Assembly (NCBI GenBank): GCA_030151225.1
Contig: JASLEG010000205.1
Span: forward strand, 20,759 to 84,758
Direction: 5' to 3'
Source of the DNA: Burkholderia sp.
GTDB lineage: Bacteria > Pseudomonadota > Gammaproteobacteria > Burkholderiales > Burkholderiaceae
Length of the DNA stretch: 64,000 nt
Shown here: positions 57,974 through 64,000 of the stretch, in pieces
Numbering within the stretch: the first letter of the stretch is position 1
How the letters are laid out: the number at the start of each line of letters is the position of its first letter
Translations under genes and position numbers: made by a program
The notes under the pieces: generated by a model
Told to the model about the DNA's origin: nothing
The model's database searches: none
The model's input: only the letters and a program-made list of their open reading frames with translations

Positions 57974-58921
57974 TCAAACGAACACCATCTCCCCCGACTC
58001 TCCCATCAACAACGCGCGGTTCGCCTCCGCGGCCGCGCGCAGGTAATCCCACAGCGTCGTGATCCGGCGCAGCTTGCGCAGGTCCTCCCGGCAACTGATC
58101 CAGAAGTGCCGCGTGACCACCACCTCGTCGGGCAGGATCGGCACCAGCGCCGGATTCGAGGCCGCCATGAAGCACGGCAGGATCGCGAGCGCATGCCCCT
58201 GCAGCGCGGCGTGATACTGCGCGATCACGCTGGTGCTGCACAGCCGCGACTGCACGTTCGGCAGCGTGCGATTCAGATACAGCAGCTCGTGACTGAACGC
58301 GAGATCGGCCACGTAATCGATGAACGGATGCGATCGCAGGTCGCTCACGCCGCGCACCGGCTCGTGCCGGGCCAGGTATTCGCGCGTGCCGTACAGGCGC
58401 AACTGGTAATCGCATAAACGCGTAAACACGTAGCGCCCGCGCTCGGGTCGCTCCAGCGTGATCGCCATGTCGGCCTCGCGCTTGGACAGGCTCACGAAGT
58501 GCGGCACCGGCAGGATATCGATCGACATCTCGCGGTGCAGCCCCGAAAAGCGCGCCAGTTGCGGTGACAGGAAAAAACAGCCGAAGCCCTCGGTCGATCC
58601 CACCCGCACGTGGCCCGACAGCGCCTGCGAGGCGCCGTCGAATTGTTCGCAAGCCGAATGAACGGCCGTCTCCACCGCGTCGGCATGCGCCAGGAGGCGC
58701 TGGCCGTCGGCGGTCAGCGTAAACCCGTCCGCGCGCGACTTGTCGAACAGCACGGTGCCGAGCGCGGTCTCGAGCTCGCGCACGCGCCGCGCCACGGTGG
58801 TGTGATCGACGTTGAGCTTGCGGGCAGCTGCACTGGCACGTTGCGTTCTCGCGACTTCGAGGAAGTAGCGCAGGTCGTCCCAGTTCAGTGTCTCCATCCG
58901 TTGTCTTGTGTTTTTTTGCAT
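57974..58921 (-). CDS. LysR-family regulator, probable regulator of the mms operon
   Basis: LNWDDLRYFLEVAR, VDHTTVARR, SLSKREAD. Confidence 0.93.
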   Translation of the reverse strand: MQKNTRQRMETLNWDDLRYFLEVARTQRASAAARKLNVDHTTVARRVRELETALGTVLFDKSRADGFTLTADGQRLLAHADAVETAVHSACEQFDGASQALSGHVRVGSTEGFGCFFLSPQLARFSGLHREMSIDILPVPHFVSLSKREADMAITLERPERGRYVFTRLCDYQLRLYGTREYLARHEPVRGVSDLRSHPFIDYVADLAFSHELLYLNRTLPNVQSRLCSTSVIAQYHAALQGHALAILPCFMAASNPALVPILPDEVVVTRHFWISCREDLRKLRRITTLWDYLRAAAEANRALLMGESGEMVFV

Positions 58922-59065
58922 ATCCGATGAGCCTTTTCGTGCCTATGCCGCGGAAATTCAAATAAATATACTCGTTGCCACGCGGCCCAGGCTAGGCGCG
59001 CAACCCGCTCTTCCGCAAGAACGACGGGCGGCACCCAAATAAAGAAAGACTGGCAGGAGACATTC

Positions 59066-60376
59066 ATGGACTTGCATTCCACGGCAGGCGTGTCGAACAC
59101 GCCCGCCAGAAGCATGCGCACGCGTGATTACGTGCTGGCCGGCTGGGCCAGCATGGCGGGCACCACGATCGAGTGGTACGACTTCTTCCTCTACGGCACC
59201 GCCGCCGCGCTCGTCTTCAACAAGGTGTTCTTCCCCACCCTCGACCCGATCCTCGGCACGCTCGCGGCCTTCGCCACCTATGGCGTGGGCTTCGTGGGCC
59301 GGCCGATGGGCGGCATCGTGTTCGGCCACTTCGGCGACAAGCTCGGGCGCAAGTCGATGCTGCTCGCCACGCTGCTGCTGATGGGCGTGCCGAGCGTGAT
59401 CATCGGCCTGATCCCGTCGTTCCAGAGCATCGGCTACTGGGCCGCGGCGATGCTGGTGGCGATGCGCTTCCTGCAGGGCATGGCGGTGGGCGGCGAATGG
59501 GGCGGCGCGGTGCTGATGGCCGTCGAACACGCGCCGCCGGGCAGCAAGGGCTTCTTCGGCAGCCTGCCGCAAACCGGGGTGGGCTTCGGGCTGATCCTGT
59601 CGTCGATCGCGATGGCCGCGGTCACGGCGCTGCCGGAGGCGGACCTGCTGTCCTGGGGCTGGCGCGTGCCCTTCCTCGCCAGCATCGTGCTGGTGCTGAT
59701 CGGCTGGGTGATCCGCGCGCGCGTGCCGGAATCGCCCGACTTCGAGCGCGTGAAGGATCGCGGCGCGCCCGTGAAGGCGCCGGTGCTCGAGGTGCTGCGC
59801 CGCCAGCCGCGCGAGCTGCTGCTCATCATCGGCGCGCGCACGGCCGAGAACACCTGGTTCTATCTGGTGGTGGCCTTCGCGCTGTCGTATGCGGCCAATC
59901 AACTCAAGATTCCGAAGGCCGAGATCCTGCATGCGATCACGGCCGGCGCGGTGCTCTCGCTCGCCACCATGCCGTTCTGCGGCTGGCTCAGCGACCGCAT
60001 CGGCCAGCGCCCGCTGTTCCTGCTCGGCCTGGTGGTGATGGGCGCGTTCGCCGCGCCGTTCTTCTCGATGCTCGAGACGCTGAACCCGGTCACCGTGTGG
60101 TGGGCGATGGTGCTCGGCGTGGGCGTGGTGTTCCCGATCCTCTACGCGCCGGAATCGCAGCTGTTCGCGGCGCAGTTCCCGGCCGAGATCCGCTACAGCG
60201 GCATCTCCGTGTCGGTGCAGATCGCCGGCGTGATCGGTGGCGGCATCGCACCGATGATCGCCACGGCGCTGCTGGCGAGCGGCGGCGGCAAGCCGCATTA
60301 CGTGGTGGCCTACATGGTGGCGCTGGCCGCGATCGGCTTCGTGTGCACGCTGCTGATGCGCAGGCACGAGCGTTGA
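59066..60376 (+). CDS. MFS transporter, metabolite:H+ symporter (ShiA-like) family
   Basis: GTTIEWYDFFLYG, GHFGDKLGRK, GGEWGGA, WGWRVPFL. Confidence 0.95.
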   Translation: MDLHSTAGVSNTPARSMRTRDYVLAGWASMAGTTIEWYDFFLYGTAAALVFNKVFFPTLDPILGTLAAFATYGVGFVGRPMGGIVFGHFGDKLGRKSMLLATLLLMGVPSVIIGLIPSFQSIGYWAAAMLVAMRFLQGMAVGGEWGGAVLMAVEHAPPGSKGFFGSLPQTGVGFGLILSSIAMAAVTALPEADLLSWGWRVPFLASIVLVLIGWVIRARVPESPDFERVKDRGAPVKAPVLEVLRRQPRELLLIIGARTAENTWFYLVVAFALSYAANQLKIPKAEILHAITAGAVLSLATMPFCGWLSDRIGQRPLFLLGLVVMGAFAAPFFSMLETLNPVTVWWAMVLGVGVVFPILYAPESQLFAAQFPAEIRYSGISVSVQIAGVIGGGIAPMIATALLASGGGKPHYVVAYMVALAAIGFVCTLLMRRHER

Positions 60377-60447
60377 GCCGCGTCCCCTTTCAATCCGATC
60401 ATCGAACGGGATGATTCGTCATCCCGACAAACCGCAGGAGAATACGC

Positions 60448-61974
<1,527 letters not shown>

Positions 61975-62023
61975 GCATGCGCGCCCGCACCGGGCAGACA
62001 ACGACGATCAAGGAGACAAGGCC

Positions 62024-62911
62024 ATGAAAATCGGATTCATCGGGCTCGGCAACATGGGCATGCCGATGGCGCTGAACCTGCTGAAGGCGGGCCACGCGCT
62101 GAAGGTGTTCGACCTGAGCGGGCCGGCCGTGCAGACGCTGGTGGATGCCGGCGCGCAGGCGGCCGCCTCGCCGAAGGCGGCGGCCAGCGACGCGGAGTGC
62201 GTGGTGACCATGCTGCCGGCCGCCGCGCACGTGCGCAGCGTGCTGACGGCCGAGGACGGCGTGTTCGCGGGCCTCGCGCCGGGCGTGACGATCATCGATT
62301 CGAGCACCATCGACCCGGCCAGCGTGAAGGCCTTCGCGGCGCTGGCCGCCGAGCGCGGCAACGGCTTCGTGGACGCGCCCGTGTCGGGCGGCACCGGCGG
62401 CGCGGCCGCGGGCACGCTGACCTTCATGGTGGGCGCGAGCGCCGCGCAGTTCGAGGCCGTCAAGCCGGTGCTGACGGGCATGGGCAGGAACATCGTGCAT
62501 TGCGGCGAGGTCAGCACCGGGCAGGTGGCGAAGATCTGCAACAACCTCGTGCTCGGCGTGACGATGGCCGGCGTGGCCGAGGCGATGGCGCTGGGCGAGG
62601 CGCTCGGCATCGACCCGAAGGTGCTCGGCGGCATCATGAACACCTCGACGGGCCGCTCGTGGAGCTCGGACACGTACAACCCGTTCCCCGGCGTGATCGA
62701 GACCGCGCCGGCCTCGCGCGGCTACACGGGCGGCTTCGGCACCGACCTGATGCTGAAGGATCTGGGCCTCGCCAACGATGCCGCGCGCAGCGTCCATCAA
62801 CCGGCCTTCATGGGCGCGCTCGCGCAGCAGCTGTACCAGGCGATGAGCGCGCGCGGCGACGGCAAGCTCGATTTCTCGGCCGTGCTGAAGCTCTATCGCA
62901 AGCCGCAGTGA
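62024..62911 (+). CDS. mmsB: 3-hydroxyisobutyrate dehydrogenase
   Basis: GFIGLGNMG, DAPVSGG, AKICNN, YNPFPGV, LMLKDLGLA. Confidence 0.95.
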   Translation: MKIGFIGLGNMGMPMALNLLKAGHALKVFDLSGPAVQTLVDAGAQAAASPKAAASDAECVVTMLPAAAHVRSVLTAEDGVFAGLAPGVTIIDSSTIDPASVKAFAALAAERGNGFVDAPVSGGTGGAAAGTLTFMVGASAAQFEAVKPVLTGMGRNIVHCGEVSTGQVAKICNNLVLGVTMAGVAEAMALGEALGIDPKVLGGIMNTSTGRSWSSDTYNPFPGVIETAPASRGYTGGFGTDLMLKDLGLANDAARSVHQPAFMGALAQQLYQAMSARGDGKLDFSAVLKLYRKPQ

Positions 62912-62943
62912 GCACGCGGGCGCGTGCATGTGCTCGCGCGCGC

Positions 62944-63306
62944 CTACTTCTCCCCCTGCGCGGCGAATGTGCGCCGCGCCTCCATCACCGCCGCGCGATG
63001 CTCGGCCGCCCAGCCGAGGATCGCGCGCAAGTGCGGCTCCAGCGATCGCCCGAGCGGCGAGATCTCGTAGGACACGGCCACCGGCGCGGTGCTGACCACC
63101 GTGCGCGTGATGAAGCCGTTCGCCTCGAGCCGGCGCAGGCACTGGGTCAGCGCCTTCTGCGTGACGCCCTCGTTGGCGCGCCGCAGCGCGTTGAAGCGCA
63201 TCGGGCCGGCGCACAGGCAGCCGAGCACGAGCAGCGTCCATTTGCTCGTGATCTCCTCGAGCACGAGGCGGTTCAGTTCGAGTTCTTCCGGTGTCGAATC
63301 GGACAT
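62944..63306 (-). CDS. HxlR-family winged-helix regulator
   Basis: SKWTLLVL, VTQKALTQCLRRLE, VSYEISPLG. Confidence 0.92.
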   Translation of the reverse strand: MSDSTPEELELNRLVLEEITSKWTLLVLGCLCAGPMRFNALRRANEGVTQKALTQCLRRLEANGFITRTVVSTAPVAVSYEISPLGRSLEPHLRAILGWAAEHRAAVMEARRTFAAQGEK

Positions 63307-63359
63307 GGGTCGGGATCCTCCAGGCTACCTGGTAGCTTCCAGGTGCGTAATTGCATACA

Positions 63360-63376
63360 GGTATCAAATGTATACC
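63360..63376. promoter_or_regulatory. Probable HxlR operator
   Basis: ggtat-caaatgt-atacc dyad between the divergent hxlR and nmrA-like genes. Confidence 0.5.
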
Positions 63377-63407
63377 ATTAACGACCTCTATCTCCAGGAG
63401 GACGAAC

Positions 63408-64000
63408 ATGGCAAACGAACGCGGTATCCACGACGCAGGCGGTGCAGCGCCCGGCAACGATCAGGCGGTGCTGGTATTCGGCGCGACCGGGCAGCAGGGC
63501 GGCGCCGTGGCGCGCGCGCTGCGCGAGAACGGCCGGGCCGTGCGCGCGCTGGTGCGCGACACCGGCAGCGTGAAGGCGCGCGAGCTGGCCGCGCTGGGCG
63601 TGACGCTGTTCGCCGGCGACTTCGACGATGCGGATTCGATGCGCCGCGCGATGCAGGGCGCGCACGGCGTGTTCAGCGTGCAGCCGAGTTCGGGGCAGGG
63701 CCCCGCCTACGGCGTGTCGGATGCCGACGAAATCCGCCACGGCAAGGCCGTGGCCGACCTCGCCGTGGCGGCGGGCGTGGCGCACCTGGTCTACACCTCG
63801 GTCAACGCGGCCGGCCCCGAGCCGACCGGCATGGGCCACTTCGACAGCAAGTCCGAGATCGAGGCGCACATCCGCGGCCTCGCGATCGACAGCACGATCG
63901 TGCGGCCGGCCGGCTTCATGGAGCTGCTGATGCTGCCGGGCATGGGCCTCGACCAGGGCGCCTTCACCTTCTTCCTCGGCGAGGGCCAGCGCGGCCAGAC
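63408..64000 (+). CDS. NmrA/HSCARG-family NAD(P)-binding protein, truncated by the window end
   Basis: RBS aggagg; VLVFGATGQQGGAVARAL, HLVYTSV, HFDSKSEIE. Confidence 0.9.
   Translation, partial: MANERGIHDAGGAAPGNDQAVLVFGATGQQGGAVARALRENGRAVRALVRDTGSVKARELAALGVTLFAGDFDDADSMRRAMQGAHGVFSVQPSSGQGPAYGVSDADEIRHGKAVADLAVAAGVAHLVYTSVNAAGPEPTGMGHFDSKSEIEAHIRGLAIDSTIVRPAGFMELLMLPGMGLDQGAFTFFLGEGQRGQ

Overview
This is a very GC-rich chromosomal window from a betaproteobacterium of the Burkholderia/Paraburkholderia type (inferred from gene content and codon style). About 1-21.8 kb is ordinary metabolic backbone: an eroded kdgR-like gene, a MerR/OYE pair, argO/argP, an Fnr-type regulator, a USP, a serine acetyltransferase, folE with a pteridine-reductase-type SDR, pobA and pcaIJBDC, and an HMG-aldolase/MFS unit. 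About 21.8-35.7 kb is a visibly lower-GC island bounded by decayed IS3-family and IS256-family remnants. It carries PLP enzymes, redox enzymes, a thiolase and MarR/HxlR regulators. About 35.7-49.7 kb is the most intriguing block: two head-to-head wHTH-STAND-ATPase-TPR regulators flank an HD-domain protein whose HD motif is replaced by QN, followed by a ycaC-like hydrolase/XapX/YtcJ-like amidohydrolase/DoxX/secreted VOC/YoaK/alginate-export-porin operon. Both plus-strand promoters of this block share a 28-bp triple direct repeat. About 49.8-64 kb holds a LysR-ALDH-CMD-quinone reductase unit, a GH55-like beta-1,3-glucanase lipoprotein, a GGDEF relic, LysR-MFS-mmsA-mmsB, and an HxlR/NmrA pair running off the end. 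No rRNA, tRNA or CRISPR array was recognised. All family calls come from motif recognition by eye, not from database searches.
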